The notes under the pieces: model-generated
The model's input: the letters and a program-made list of their open reading frames with translations, nothing else
What the model was told of the DNA's origin: nothing
Databases searched by the model: none
In this document: positions 38,870 through 48,800 of the stretch, one piece after another
How the letters are laid out: each line of letters begins with the position of its first letter
Numbering within the stretch: the first letter of the stretch is position 1
Program-made: the position numbers and the translations under genes
DNA from: Candidatus Heimdallarchaeota archaeon
GTDB taxonomy: Archaea > Asgardarchaeota > Heimdallarchaeia > Heimdallarchaeales > Heimdallarchaeaceae
Length of the DNA: 64,000 nucleotides
Assembly (NCBI GenBank): GCA_019057815.1
Contig: JAHLWR010000005.1
Span: forward strand, 32,001 to 96,000
Reading direction: 5' to 3'

Positions 38870-39325
38870 TTACCCTATTTTTTTTACTTTGTTTTTTTTA
38901 TCATCAGTTATTTTTTTCAGTAATAAATTGTAGTCTTCAGATTTGACGGTTCTTTCAATATAAGAACCGATTTTTTCACCTATTATTTTAGCAAGTAAGT
39001 GATAACACACAATATTAGTCCCTCGGCTTAAAGATCTTATCTGAAAGTCTTTGCACTCACAAAAATTGTTGTCAATAACTAGATAGTTTTTTCTTGTTCC
39101 TTCTACTTTCCATAGCTCTATTTCCTCAGTTAGAACTAATTTAAGTAGCTTTTTTTCTTTCAGAATTCGGACTGCTTTTTCTCCTCTTGAGCCAAAAGCA
39201 GAAATTATTTCATTTTCAGCTGCTTCAGATAAAATAGTCTCCTTTTTTATGAAATTAAAAATCTCAACAAGGAATTCACTTTCTGAGGAATTTTTGTTTC
39301 TCATCATATTAATTCTTGTTTTCAT
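38870..39325 (-). CDS. SWIM zinc-finger protein
   Basis: FCECKDF..CYHLLA (CxC-xn-CxH); FGSRGEKA N-terminal motif. Confidence 0.82.
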   Translation of the reverse strand: MKTRINMMRNKNSSESEFLVEIFNFIKKETILSEAAENEIISAFGSRGEKAVRILKEKKLLKLVLTEEIELWKVEGTRKNYLVIDNNFCECKDFQIRSLSRGTNIVCYHLLAKIIGEKIGSYIERTVKSEDYNLLLKKITDDKKNKVKKIG

Positions 39326-39419
39326 TATTTTATTACCTTTACGGATAAATTTACATTAAAAATATGATTTTTATAACAAAATTTGATTATAAAAAAAATA
39401 TTGGTGATATTGTTCAATC

Positions 39420-39854
39420 TTATTGCTGTATCAATACATCAGCCATATCAAAAAATCTAAGAACTAGATTCTTGACTTTATTAATCTTCTTACCATTTCT
39501 CCCTATTGCTCTTCCCTTATCTTTGCTGTCAACTGTTATTGTAGCAATTTTACCATTTCTTCTTTCTTGAATAACAATATTTTTTATTACAATTGGATGG
39601 AAACAATTTTTGATGAATTTAGTTAGGTTGGATGAGTGTTCAATGATTTCTACATCTTTTGTAATTAGTTCCTTCAACCTATTAATATTAACCCCTCGTT
39701 TTCCAATAGCTAGACCCGCTTTTCCCTCTGGAACCACATAAACAATCTTATTGTCCTCCTCGTCAATAATACAATCCAAAACATCTACATTAATTATTGC
39801 TTGATAGGTTGTGATATATTGCATTTCTGTTTGGGAGAATTTGACGCTAGGCAT
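39420..39854 (-). CDS. nusA: Archaeal NusA
   Basis: Two KH motifs (AIGKRGVNI, AIGRNGKKI). Confidence 0.95.
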   Translation of the reverse strand: MPSVKFSQTEMQYITTYQAIINVDVLDCIIDEEDNKIVYVVPEGKAGLAIGKRGVNINRLKELITKDVEIIEHSSNLTKFIKNCFHPIVIKNIVIQERRNGKIATITVDSKDKGRAIGRNGKKINKVKNLVLRFFDMADVLIQQ

Positions 39855-40100
39855 TTTTTTTCATCCATTTTCAGACTTTACCCAATTTTGTGTATTATTG
39901 GAGTTTACATTTTCTAGAGTAAAAGTACCCTTTTTAGAGATTGTGGTTTCGATGCGCTCTTCCAACTGTACTAGGTATAACATTCACAAATTAGTATCTT
40001 AATAATATGTGTTTCCTTGGTTTGTTTACCATTTCTGACATTTCATTCAATAATATTCTGAAAAGAAAGAAGGAATTACTTGTTCATTGCTAACTCAATT

Positions 40101-40412
40101 CTATTCAATTGCTTTTAATATATCGCTATCTCCTAACTCATATATTGTTAAAGAAGATACAAAATGTGGTCTTCCACAAACAGCTCCTAAATCCAAAGTT
40201 GATCCTTTGTATTCTAATACAGGTATTTCCGAGAGTCCTGCATAGTATTCAATTTCTTCTTTTATGGTTTGTGGCGTATTATTGGCAATTACAACTAATT
40301 TAGCTTGTTTATTTAACAAAGCCTTTTTTGTTGATTCAACACCATATGAGATTTTTCCTGTGTCAACAGCTATTCTAATGCTTCGATCAATGTCCATAAT
40401 GCACACCAACAT
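40101..40412 (-). CDS. rpl30e: 50S ribosomal protein eL30
   Basis: AVDTGK, AKLVVIANN.P, LGAVCGRPH, GDSDIL. Confidence 0.97.
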   Translation of the reverse strand: MLVCIMDIDRSIRIAVDTGKISYGVESTKKALLNKQAKLVVIANNTPQTIKEEIEYYAGLSEIPVLEYKGSTLDLGAVCGRPHFVSSLTIYELGDSDILKAIE

Positions 40413-40515
40413 TCACTATTATTTCGAGGGTTTTCCTTAAATTCTTAAATATTTTTACTACTGACACATTTGTTTATGTGTTAAAAACTTTTTTTAGTTT
40501 TTGATGAATGCCTAC

Positions 40516-41412
40516 TTAAATCTCGATAGCACCTGAAAAAAGAACATCCCAAGCTTTACTCCATCTTTCAGGATGGGCCACATCAATCCAGAAAACGTTT
40601 TTTGGGCACACATATGCCTTTACTTGTTTATCCCTTATAAGTTTAGGAATAATATCGCTAGAAATAGATTTTCCCTCTGAATCTGCAAGATAATCCATAA
40701 TCTCTGGCTTAAAAATGTAAATCCCTGTGTTAATATATCCACGTATCTGGGATTTTGAAGGGGTTTCCTCAAATTTTGTAACAAGATTTCCATCCTCACT
40801 AGTATCATCAGTATAAAAAACACCATAATCAGAATAAAATCCCTTTTCATCGGACTTTCCTATTGCTTGATAATAGTTACTCACCTTAATTCCGCACAAT
40901 GTTGCGATACAATCGTTACTTTTATCTTTATGAAATTCAATAATGTTTGATAAATTAATGTTTGTCAATATATCAGAATTCATCACAAGAAAATTATCAG
41001 TAATCAAGTTTTTCGCATTAAATATTGCCCCTGCTGTGTCTAGTGCGGTTGCTTCGCTCACATAACTTAGATTTAACCCATTCCAGTTTTGCCCAAAATA
41101 TTTCATTACACGGTTTCCAAGTTTACCTATGAGTAAAACAACATCGATTATTCCGTATTTTCCTAGAAGTTCAAGATTATATTCTAGTAGAGGTTTGTAG
41201 CCAACTGGAATCATTGCTTTGGGTATTGATTTGGTTATAGGTCTTAGTCTGGCACCCTCACCTCCTGCTAAAATAAATGCTTTTATTTTTCTTAACTCAA
41301 ATTCTTTTTCTATTAATCGTATGAGAAAATCCTTTATTGACCCAGGACCTTTTTTCTCTTTGATAGCGCTCCAAATTCGTTCAGGAAACTCCACTGTAAA
41401 TTTATGAACCAT
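40516..41412 (-). CDS. Sugar-1-phosphate nucleotidyltransferase with N-terminal ribbon-helix-helix-like extension
   Basis: ILAGGEGARLRPIT..PKAM, DTAGA, MNSD, INTGIY, WIDV; about 40 extra N-terminal residues. Confidence 0.85.
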   Translation of the reverse strand: MVHKFTVEFPERIWSAIKEKKGPGSIKDFLIRLIEKEFELRKIKAFILAGGEGARLRPITKSIPKAMIPVGYKPLLEYNLELLGKYGIIDVVLLIGKLGNRVMKYFGQNWNGLNLSYVSEATALDTAGAIFNAKNLITDNFLVMNSDILTNINLSNIIEFHKDKSNDCIATLCGIKVSNYYQAIGKSDEKGFYSDYGVFYTDDTSEDGNLVTKFEETPSKSQIRGYINTGIYIFKPEIMDYLADSEGKSISSDIIPKLIRDKQVKAYVCPKNVFWIDVAHPERWSKAWDVLFSGAIEI

Positions 41413-41546
41413 TTTTATTCAACCAAGCAAAGATAGTTTCTTCATTCACAAGATATTCTATCCTACTTTTTAGTTTTGCCTTTCAATCTGTTGATTAACC
41501 AATAGATTTTTTTAATTCCATTCGTTTCATATTTTAATTTATCTCT

Positions 41547-42662
41547 TTGGTGATACAACTGTTTAACAAGATATCTTCAACAAAGTATAGTCTTGAACGC
41601 CTAAAGAAACAACAAGACATTGCTGATAAATACAACATTAGCTTGGACCAAATTCTTGATTTAAGTGGGGGACAGAATCTTTTCATTCCACCACATCATA
41701 TACAGAAGATTATAATGAAGGAGATACAATCAATTGATCCTAGAGATAGCTATCCCATCGATTATTATGCTTTTATTGATGAATTATCTCGATTCGTAGG
41801 TGTGAAACCATCAGCGATTTATCCAGGATTAACCCACAGTCAGCTAATTCAAAGAATGTTATCAACGATTACAAATCCAAACGATAACATCTTGTTATTT
41901 TCTCCAGATAAGGAAATCTATTTCCAAATTGCAAACAACCAGAGACTAAACATTGATACAATTAGTTTAACAGAAAAATTTGAACTAAATGTGGATGAAA
42001 TACTTGATAAAATTAAGCAAACTAATGCAAAAACACTAATTTTCTCTTCACCTCACTATCCAACAGCCAATCAATTCGATGAACAACGTTTGTTATTACT
42101 CGTAAAAGAAACAGAAATCCCAATAATTGTAGACGAATCTTATGTTGAGTTCGGTAAATATAGCCTTGTAAAACAAGTTCAATACTATAATAACTTGTCA
42201 ATTGTCAGATCTTTTTCCAAAGCATGGGGATTAGGAGCCTTTTCATGTGCATATTTAGTATCGGACACTTCAGCAGTAAATAATTTGAAAGAGAGATATT
42301 TTATTGAAGAGATACCTCCAATACATCTTTTAGTCACTACTGATGTTTTACGAGCACCCTATCGTTTTGTTGAGCTTATTAATGGCTTCATATTGGAAAG
42401 AAAAAGAGTAATTGAACATCTGAAAATGTTGAGTGGAATCAAGGTTTATAAAAGTGACACCAACTTCCTTTTTATACAATTTAAAGAGAATATAAAAACG
42501 TTATATGATCAGTTATGTAGTAAAGGTATAATCGTACAAACTTTTGATTCTGCTACCTATTTCAAAGATAAGGAAAAGTCATTTTTAGCAACATTGGGAG
42601 ACAATAATGTCAACGATAGATTCATTTTAGCTTTAATAGAAACACTTGAATCGATTCTTTAA
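41547..42662 (+). CDS. HisC-like class I/II aminotransferase (divergent)
   Basis: VDESYVEF, RSFSKAWGL, SDTNFLF. Confidence 0.8.
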   Translation: MVIQLFNKISSTKYSLERLKKQQDIADKYNISLDQILDLSGGQNLFIPPHHIQKIIMKEIQSIDPRDSYPIDYYAFIDELSRFVGVKPSAIYPGLTHSQLIQRMLSTITNPNDNILLFSPDKEIYFQIANNQRLNIDTISLTEKFELNVDEILDKIKQTNAKTLIFSSPHYPTANQFDEQRLLLLVKETEIPIIVDESYVEFGKYSLVKQVQYYNNLSIVRSFSKAWGLGAFSCAYLVSDTSAVNNLKERYFIEEIPPIHLLVTTDVLRAPYRFVELINGFILERKRVIEHLKMLSGIKVYKSDTNFLFIQFKENIKTLYDQLCSKGIIVQTFDSATYFKDKEKSFLATLGDNNVNDRFILALIETLESIL

Positions 42663-42665
42663 CTG

Positions 42666-43208
42666 TTATTTTTCAACCCTAAAACGGTTATACTTTCTTT
42701 TTAAAGCACTTCCACAATCTTGACATTCCTTCATTTTGGTTTGAAAAATACCTCCACACCCTATGCATTTCCAATAGTATTTTCGCTTAGATTTAATTTT
42801 AAATAGAGGAGCTTTGAATGGTATTCCATGGGTGACACAGACGTTTTGCACTGCTTTGTCATCGCTAATTATCACTGATTCAGGATAATCAAAATAAATA
42901 GCAATAACATCTATATCGTATGTTGATAAGTTAGGAAAATCACCAGATTCTTCTGCATACTGTCTTGCTTTGGATAAAGCTTCGGAAGATGGCGTAACAA
43001 ATCTGATTTTATTTTCAGCTTCTAACAAACTCAAAGTTAGATTAGCTTTTATAGAACGCATTTCTTCTTTCAGGTTAAAGGGTATTAAAAATTTCTCGTT
43101 GTCTTTACTAGTCTCTTCAGAAGGAAGTATATGAATGATTACAGTTGAATCAAGAATATAACAAGGAGCATTGTCATTATCATTTACCTTGTTATTCATT
43201 AATATCAT
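42666..43208 (-). CDS. nob1: Nob1 PIN endonuclease
   Basis: ILDST, GDFPNLS..D, SDDKAVQN, C-terminal CIGC..CQDCG ribbon. Confidence 0.9.
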   Translation of the reverse strand: MILMNNKVNDNDNAPCYILDSTVIIHILPSEETSKDNEKFLIPFNLKEEMRSIKANLTLSLLEAENKIRFVTPSSEALSKARQYAEESGDFPNLSTYDIDVIAIYFDYPESVIISDDKAVQNVCVTHGIPFKAPLFKIKSKRKYYWKCIGCGGIFQTKMKECQDCGSALKRKYNRFRVEK

Positions 43209-44031
43209 CGGGATCTAGTTTTAATAATTTTTCTCTAACACGTTCTACATAATTATCAGAGAAACGTACAAATTTCACTTTTTTCTCGGATTTTGTTACA
43301 GTAATTGACTCTCCATATTTGAGTTTGCAATATATTTCACCATCAATAACAACAGTTCCATCTCTATACTTACTTGCATTAACAACTTTAATTTCTGTTT
43401 CAGGAGGAACAACTAAAGGGTAAACTCGTCCTAAGAATGGGCAAATGGCTACTATTGAAAATGCATCAACGGTTGGCATTATTAATGGACCGCCTGCTGA
43501 GCGAGAGTATGCGCTTGAGCCTGTTGTACTAGCTACAATTATTCCATCACCATTGAATGTGTATAGCTGTTCGCCATTTATTGAAACTTTTAGTGTAATT
43601 ATTCGACCAGTTTTATCAGGTATAACAATTACATCGTTTACAGCTACAAGATTTGAGCAATTTGCTGCTACAACTGAAAGGGTCGTATATTCCTCATAGA
43701 AGAATTCGTTACGCTCAAATTTCTCAATAGCTTTAATCAATTCATCAGGTTCTATTTCTGTTAAAAAACCCACCCTCCCGCAGTTAACTCCTAAAATAGG
43801 TAAGTTAATCCAGCGATTAAGTGTTTTTAAAATTGTTCCATCCCCACCGAAAACCAGAATCACATCGATTTTTTGATTAGATTCATCGAATTGCGCTTTT
43901 CCACTGTCTAGATTCGAATCGAGAATTACATTATAACCTCTCTCTTTTAGCTTATTAAATGCGTTCAATGCTGTTTTCACAGCTTTTTCTCGTTTTGAAC
44001 TAGTTACTAGAAAGTGGGAAACATCTAACAC
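43192..44031 (-). CDS. nadK: NAD(+) kinase
   Basis: GGDGT, GRVGFL, ND, DG..S.TGSSAY..SAGGP. GTG 44031 preferred over 44169 to avoid overlap with the upstream gene. Confidence 0.93.
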   Translation of the reverse strand: MLDVSHFLVTSSKREKAVKTALNAFNKLKERGYNVILDSNLDSGKAQFDESNQKIDVILVFGGDGTILKTLNRWINLPILGVNCGRVGFLTEIEPDELIKAIEKFERNEFFYEEYTTLSVVAANCSNLVAVNDVIVIPDKTGRIITLKVSINGEQLYTFNGDGIIVASTTGSSAYSRSAGGPLIMPTVDAFSIVAICPFLGRVYPLVVPPETEIKVVNASKYRDGTVVIDGEIYCKLKYGESITVTKSEKKVKFVRFSDNYVERVREKLLKLDPDDINE

Positions 44032-44086
44032 TACTTCGCACCTTGAACCAATAGAATGCAAGTGATTAAAAAAGGTTAGGAAAGAA

Positions 44087-45253
44087 CTATTTCCTTTTTT
44101 TAAGCTTTGCGATAAAATAACCAATTGTTCTATCTTTTCCCGGGATAAAACGCTGAACAGGGAATTCAAATTCCTTTGATGTTTCCATTTTTGAAAAACG
44201 GAATCTTTGCTCTATTATTTTAAAATTAAGTTTTTGGATAGCGTAATCAATTACTTCCTCATTTTCTTCTTTTGTAATAGTGCAAGTGGAATAAAGTAAT
44301 TCACCACCTTGTTTCAACAACTTCTTACAAGCAAAAAGGATTGCTTTTTGATAATTAGCACTTGACTGTATATCTTTTAACTTTAAACCAAAAAATAACC
44401 GGGGACGCAAACCTAGTGCTGTGCAAGGCGGATCTACCATAATTTTATCGAATTTCTGCGACCACTCTTTACTCAATTCAATTATGTCCCCAGCAAAGAT
44501 TGAAATGTTTTGTATTTTAAATCTTTGAATCTTATCTATTAGTTTCTGAAGCCTTCTTTTTGATCTGTCAACAGCAACAATTTTCGCTTGGTCTTTTGTT
44601 AGTTCACTTAAATGAATAGTCTTGTTTCCAGGTGCTGCACAGCAATCAAGAATACAATCATAAGGCTTTGGATCAAGATTAATACTAGCTAAATAAGCAG
44701 GAAAACTTTGAAAATAAATAGGTAAATGATGCATGTCTAATTGTTCAACACTAGGTACTTGAAAAGGCGATAGAACGTTTCTTGCTGCGACACCTTTTTT
44801 TACCTTAAGCATATCAGAGTGATTCATTGAAGAAATCGCTTTAGCGACGTTTATTCCTTGTTGACTAGTAACAACGATTTCATCATTTCTTTTTACTTTG
44901 TTAGCTCTTTTAACACCTGGAACAAAAATATCGGAACCCTGATAAATCATCTCTGCTGCTCTGTTGTCGACTACAATTTGCTTCTGTATATCAGATAAAT
45001 CTAGTTCAAATGGCCCTTTAGGTTCAATAACAATTATATTTGGAAAAACTGAATGCTGCTGCGCTTTATAACCACAATTTTCTAAATAATCCAATGTCCC
45101 CCCAATTTGAGATAAATCACCATACACATGAAGAGTATAATCTTCCATTGGAGTTATTACTTTACGAAGGTAATTCTTTTTAGAACCAGGATCCAATAAA
45201 GTAGTTAGATAATTTTGGAGTTCTTCAGAAATTATGGGGAGATTATGCTTCAT
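44087..45253 (-). CDS. PUA-containing RNA m5C methyltransferase (RsmB/NOP, NSUN6 type)
   Basis: PUA (GSDIFVPGV), DCCAAPGNKT, DPPC, YSTC. Confidence 0.92.
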   Translation of the reverse strand: MKHNLPIISEELQNYLTTLLDPGSKKNYLRKVITPMEDYTLHVYGDLSQIGGTLDYLENCGYKAQQHSVFPNIIVIEPKGPFELDLSDIQKQIVVDNRAAEMIYQGSDIFVPGVKRANKVKRNDEIVVTSQQGINVAKAISSMNHSDMLKVKKGVAARNVLSPFQVPSVEQLDMHHLPIYFQSFPAYLASINLDPKPYDCILDCCAAPGNKTIHLSELTKDQAKIVAVDRSKRRLQKLIDKIQRFKIQNISIFAGDIIELSKEWSQKFDKIMVDPPCTALGLRPRLFFGLKLKDIQSSANYQKAILFACKKLLKQGGELLYSTCTITKEENEEVIDYAIQKLNFKIIEQRFRFSKMETSKEFEFPVQRFIPGKDRTIGYFIAKLKKRK

Positions 45254-45270
45254 GTTGTGATTTACTCACT

Positions 45271-45768
45271 TTAACACTCTAATTTATGGAATTCAACTTT
45301 GTTTGTTGTAGTTTCAAGTATTGCAAAAGTTGCTTCACCAAATAAGTTTCCATAGAGTTCTCCAGGATTTATCAGAATTGTCTTTCCATGTGTTTTTATT
45401 TCTTTTTTGTGCGTATGTCCAACAATTACATAGTCATACAATTGTGATTTTAGTAGAGCTTCTACAATCAAATCACTAGTACCATGATAAAGCGCAAACG
45501 TTTTATCAGCTAACTCTATACGACCAACATACTTAAAGTAGTGACCAATATCTGCAATTAATTCTCTAAGATAGTCTTCATCGCCTAGATTGTTCCCCGC
45601 ACACACATAAAATCTACCCTTAAAATCTGAAAATGGAAGCACACAAAATGGAGAAATAAGGTCACCAGCATGTAAAATAGCTTCAATATTATGATCTTTG
45701 AAAATTTGTATGGTCTTCTTTAAGTTTTCAAGATTATCATGTGAATCGCTTATAATACCTATTTTCAT
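45271..45768 (-). CDS. Metallophosphoesterase, MJ0936/YfcE/Vps29 family
   Basis: SDSH, HAGD, GNN, YHG, GHTH, INPG. Confidence 0.92.
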   Translation of the reverse strand: MKIGIISDSHDNLENLKKTIQIFKDHNIEAILHAGDLISPFCVLPFSDFKGRFYVCAGNNLGDEDYLRELIADIGHYFKYVGRIELADKTFALYHGTSDLIVEALLKSQLYDYVIVGHTHKKEIKTHGKTILINPGELYGNLFGEATFAILETTTNKVEFHKLEC

Positions 45769-45810
45769 ATTTATTACCTAACCAACAAAACCTAATATTA
45801 AATTGTCTTC

Positions 45811-45895
45811 TGGTGCGGGGAGGGAGATTCGAACTCCCGAACCACTAAGGACTAGGATCTGAACCTAGCATCTTTGACCACTCGACAATCCCCGC
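45811..45895 (-). tRNA. tRNA-Leu(CAG)
   Basis: GCGGGGA/TCCCCGC acceptor, A73, CCA. Anticodon arm CTAGG-TTCAGAT-CCTAG; long variable arm. Confidence 0.95.
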
Positions 45896-45961
45896 TAGTG
45901 TATTTAGAAAATTTACCGAATGTTTAAATTCTTTTTTGTGTTGAACTTACTTAGTGATTAA

Positions 45962-47248
45962 ATGAGCTTCCGAGAATATCTTAAAACTCTCCGAGATAAT
46001 AACCTACTAGTTGAAATAAATGATAAGATAGACCTTGAATTGGCAATTACGAAACAGCTTCAGATTAATGAAGAGAAGGCTACACTATTTACCAATATTA
46101 AAGAATCTAAATATCAATTAATTGGCAATCTGATTTCTTCAAAAGATCAACTTGGGAAGATACTCGAAACACAAAATCTTTATCATAACAAGTTTCAAGG
46201 GTATGTGGAAAACCCAAAAACACCCGAAAAAATAGAATTTAATCCAACATTCAAAAATGAAATAATAGTTAATCTCTTTGAACTCCCAATTCCAAAATTT
46301 TTCTCTTCTGATGGAGGACGATATTTAACAGCTGGAATTGTTTTTGCTAAATTTCCAAATAGCGAAGAAGTAAATGGTAGCATTCATAGAATTATGATAA
46401 TAGGTAAAGATAAGGGAGTTATACGTCTTGTACCACGTGATTTATTTCAAATTCATGTAGAAAATTCAAAAAGTGGAAAAGATACCTCAATTGCTATAAT
46501 TGTAGGTTGTCATCCCGCAATAGCCTTAGCAACTTCTTTTCAACGATCTTATGGGGAATCTGAATTGCCTTTAGCAAATGCCCTCATGAATGGTTCCTTG
46601 AAAACTGCCAAAACGCCTAAGTATGGAATTGAAATTCCTGCTGAAACAGAATTTGTATTAGAAGGGAAAATATCAGCTACAGAACAACACAACGAGGGTC
46701 CATTTGTTGACATCACTGGAACAAAGGATACTGTTCGAACCCAACCAACGATTACAATTGAAAAAATATTCCATCGTGATAATCCAATCTTTCAAACCAT
46801 TTTACCAGCTTATAAAGAACATCTTATTCTTATGGGTTTTCCACGAGAGGTGCAAATTTATGAACGCGTATCAAAAATAGTCAAACAAGTTCATGGTATA
46901 TATTTAACAGCTGGAGGGTGTGGTTGGTTACATGCTGTAATATCAATTACACCGAAAAAAACTAGGCGCACAAAAAACATAGGACATGCTGCCTTTGCTG
47001 CTCATCCATCGTTAAAATGGTGCACATTAGTAGATAAGGATATAGATATTTATAATAGAAAAGCTGTTGAATGGGCAACAATAACACGAGCTGGGGAAGG
47101 AGATATAGTAGTAATTAATAGTGTTACAGGTTCAAGTCTTGATCCTTCAAGAAATAAAACGAACAATACTACAATCAAGGTAATAGTTGATGCAACGAAG
47201 AAAGGAGAACAAAAAAATGAAGACTATGAAAGAATTATTCCTTTTTAA
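45962..47248 (+). CDS. UbiD family prFMN-dependent decarboxylase (possibly anhydromevalonate phosphate decarboxylase)
   Basis: DGGRYLTAG, SIHR, EFVLEG, EGPFVD.TG, VD.DIDI, SSLDPS. Confidence 0.9.
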   Translation: MSFREYLKTLRDNNLLVEINDKIDLELAITKQLQINEEKATLFTNIKESKYQLIGNLISSKDQLGKILETQNLYHNKFQGYVENPKTPEKIEFNPTFKNEIIVNLFELPIPKFFSSDGGRYLTAGIVFAKFPNSEEVNGSIHRIMIIGKDKGVIRLVPRDLFQIHVENSKSGKDTSIAIIVGCHPAIALATSFQRSYGESELPLANALMNGSLKTAKTPKYGIEIPAETEFVLEGKISATEQHNEGPFVDITGTKDTVRTQPTITIEKIFHRDNPIFQTILPAYKEHLILMGFPREVQIYERVSKIVKQVHGIYLTAGGCGWLHAVISITPKKTRRTKNIGHAAFAAHPSLKWCTLVDKDIDIYNRKAVEWATITRAGEGDIVVINSVTGSSLDPSRNKTNNTTIKVIVDATKKGEQKNEDYERIIPF

Positions 47249-47437
47249 TCAAGACGCTGCTTGAAGATTCAGAAAGAGTAAGTTGTTTAAACACTACTTA
47301 TGAGATATTTTCTTTGTACAATAGAACTATTTGTTATTATATAGAGCTTATTTATCTAATATTACTTACATAACAACGTCACATCTATTGAAAAAGATAT
47401 ATAAAGAAACTTTGAAATTGCCATTAGAGGTTAAAAT

Positions 47438-48748
47438 ATGAAAATAATGAATGACTTATCAAACTCTGATCCTGAAGTGGCGGATACACTCTTAAGAGAG
47501 TTGAAACGCCAGGAAGAGGGAATAGAGTTAATCCCTTCTGAAAATTACACTTCTCGAGCTGTTCTTCAGTCTATTGGGAGTGTTTTTACCAACAAATATT
47601 CTGAAGGCTACCCTAAAAAGAGATATTATGGTGGAAATGAAATTGTTGATGAAGTTGAAATCATTGCCATTGATCGAGCAAAAGAGCTTTTTGGTTGTGA
47701 ACATGTTAACGTGCAACCCTATTCTGGATCTCCTGCAAATCAAGCAGTCTTCTTTGCTTTATTAAACTTGAAGGATAAGTTTATAGGCTTCAGTCTTACT
47801 TCTGGTGGCCATCTTACTCATGGCAGTCATGTAAACTTTTCTGGGAAAAATTACGTTTGTGTTAGTTATGACGTTAATAGAGAAACAGAAATGTTAGATA
47901 TGGAAAATATTCGCAAATTAGCTCTAGAAGAAAAGCCGAAGATGATTATTTCAGGTTTAACAGCTTATCCACGAGAAATTGATTTCAAGGCTTTTCAGGA
48001 AATTGCTGAAGAAGTTAATGCTTATCATTTAGCAGATATTTCACATATAGCAGGTTTAGTAGTAGGTGATGCCCATTCAAGTCCTGTTTCTCATGCTGAT
48101 GTAATTACAACTACAACTCACAAAAGTCTAAGGGGCCCACGTGGAGCAATTATCATGTGTAAAATAGAGGACAGATTACATGACCTTCATCATCCCAACT
48201 CTAAGAAAAATTTGTCGCAGTTAATTGATTCTGCGGTGTTTCCAGGATTACAGGGGGGGCCTCATGATCATACAACAGCAGCTAAGGCTGTAGCTTTTGG
48301 TGAAGCGCTTAAACCTGAATTCAAGGATTACGCTAAACAAATTGTAAAAAACGCTAAAAGTTTAGCTGATGATTTAATGTCTCTTGATATGAAACTAGTG
48401 ACAAATGGGACAGATAACCACTTAGTTCTCATTGATTTACGTCCAGAAGGTCTAACTGGTAAAGGAGGTCTTATACAGAATGCTTTAGACGATGCAGGAA
48501 TTACAGTGAATAAGAATACAGTACCTTATGAACCTTCAAGTCCTTTCCATCCCTCAGGACTCAGACTAGGCACCCCTGCTATAACAACTAGAGGCATGAA
48601 AGAATCTGAAATGACGGTTATAGCTGAGGGTTTAGCAAAAGTTATAAAATCTAAAGGTGACCCAGAAGTAAGTGTGGTGGTAAAGGAAAGCATTTTAGAA
48701 CTCACTAAACAATTTCCACTTTATCCAGGGTTATCTATTCTGAAATAA
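47438..48748 (+). CDS. glyA: Serine hydroxymethyltransferase (bacterial-like sequence)
   Basis: LIPSENY, NKYSEGYP.KRYYGG, GGHLTHG, TTTHKSLRGPRG, VFPGLQGGP. Confidence 0.98.
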   Translation: MKIMNDLSNSDPEVADTLLRELKRQEEGIELIPSENYTSRAVLQSIGSVFTNKYSEGYPKKRYYGGNEIVDEVEIIAIDRAKELFGCEHVNVQPYSGSPANQAVFFALLNLKDKFIGFSLTSGGHLTHGSHVNFSGKNYVCVSYDVNRETEMLDMENIRKLALEEKPKMIISGLTAYPREIDFKAFQEIAEEVNAYHLADISHIAGLVVGDAHSSPVSHADVITTTTHKSLRGPRGAIIMCKIEDRLHDLHHPNSKKNLSQLIDSAVFPGLQGGPHDHTTAAKAVAFGEALKPEFKDYAKQIVKNAKSLADDLMSLDMKLVTNGTDNHLVLIDLRPEGLTGKGGLIQNALDDAGITVNKNTVPYEPSSPFHPSGLRLGTPAITTRGMKESEMTVIAEGLAKVIKSKGDPEVSVVVKESILELTKQFPLYPGLSILK

Positions 48749-48800
48749 ATTTTATTAGTACAGAGATTTTTCTTTTTCTCTTTTTTTCTTTCTTCATTTA

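Noticed and set aside
45271-45768. Vps29 retromer subunit as a eukaryotic signature
   Set aside because: It retains the metal-binding motifs of the widespread prokaryotic MJ0936/YfcE phosphoesterases; no retromer partners nearby.
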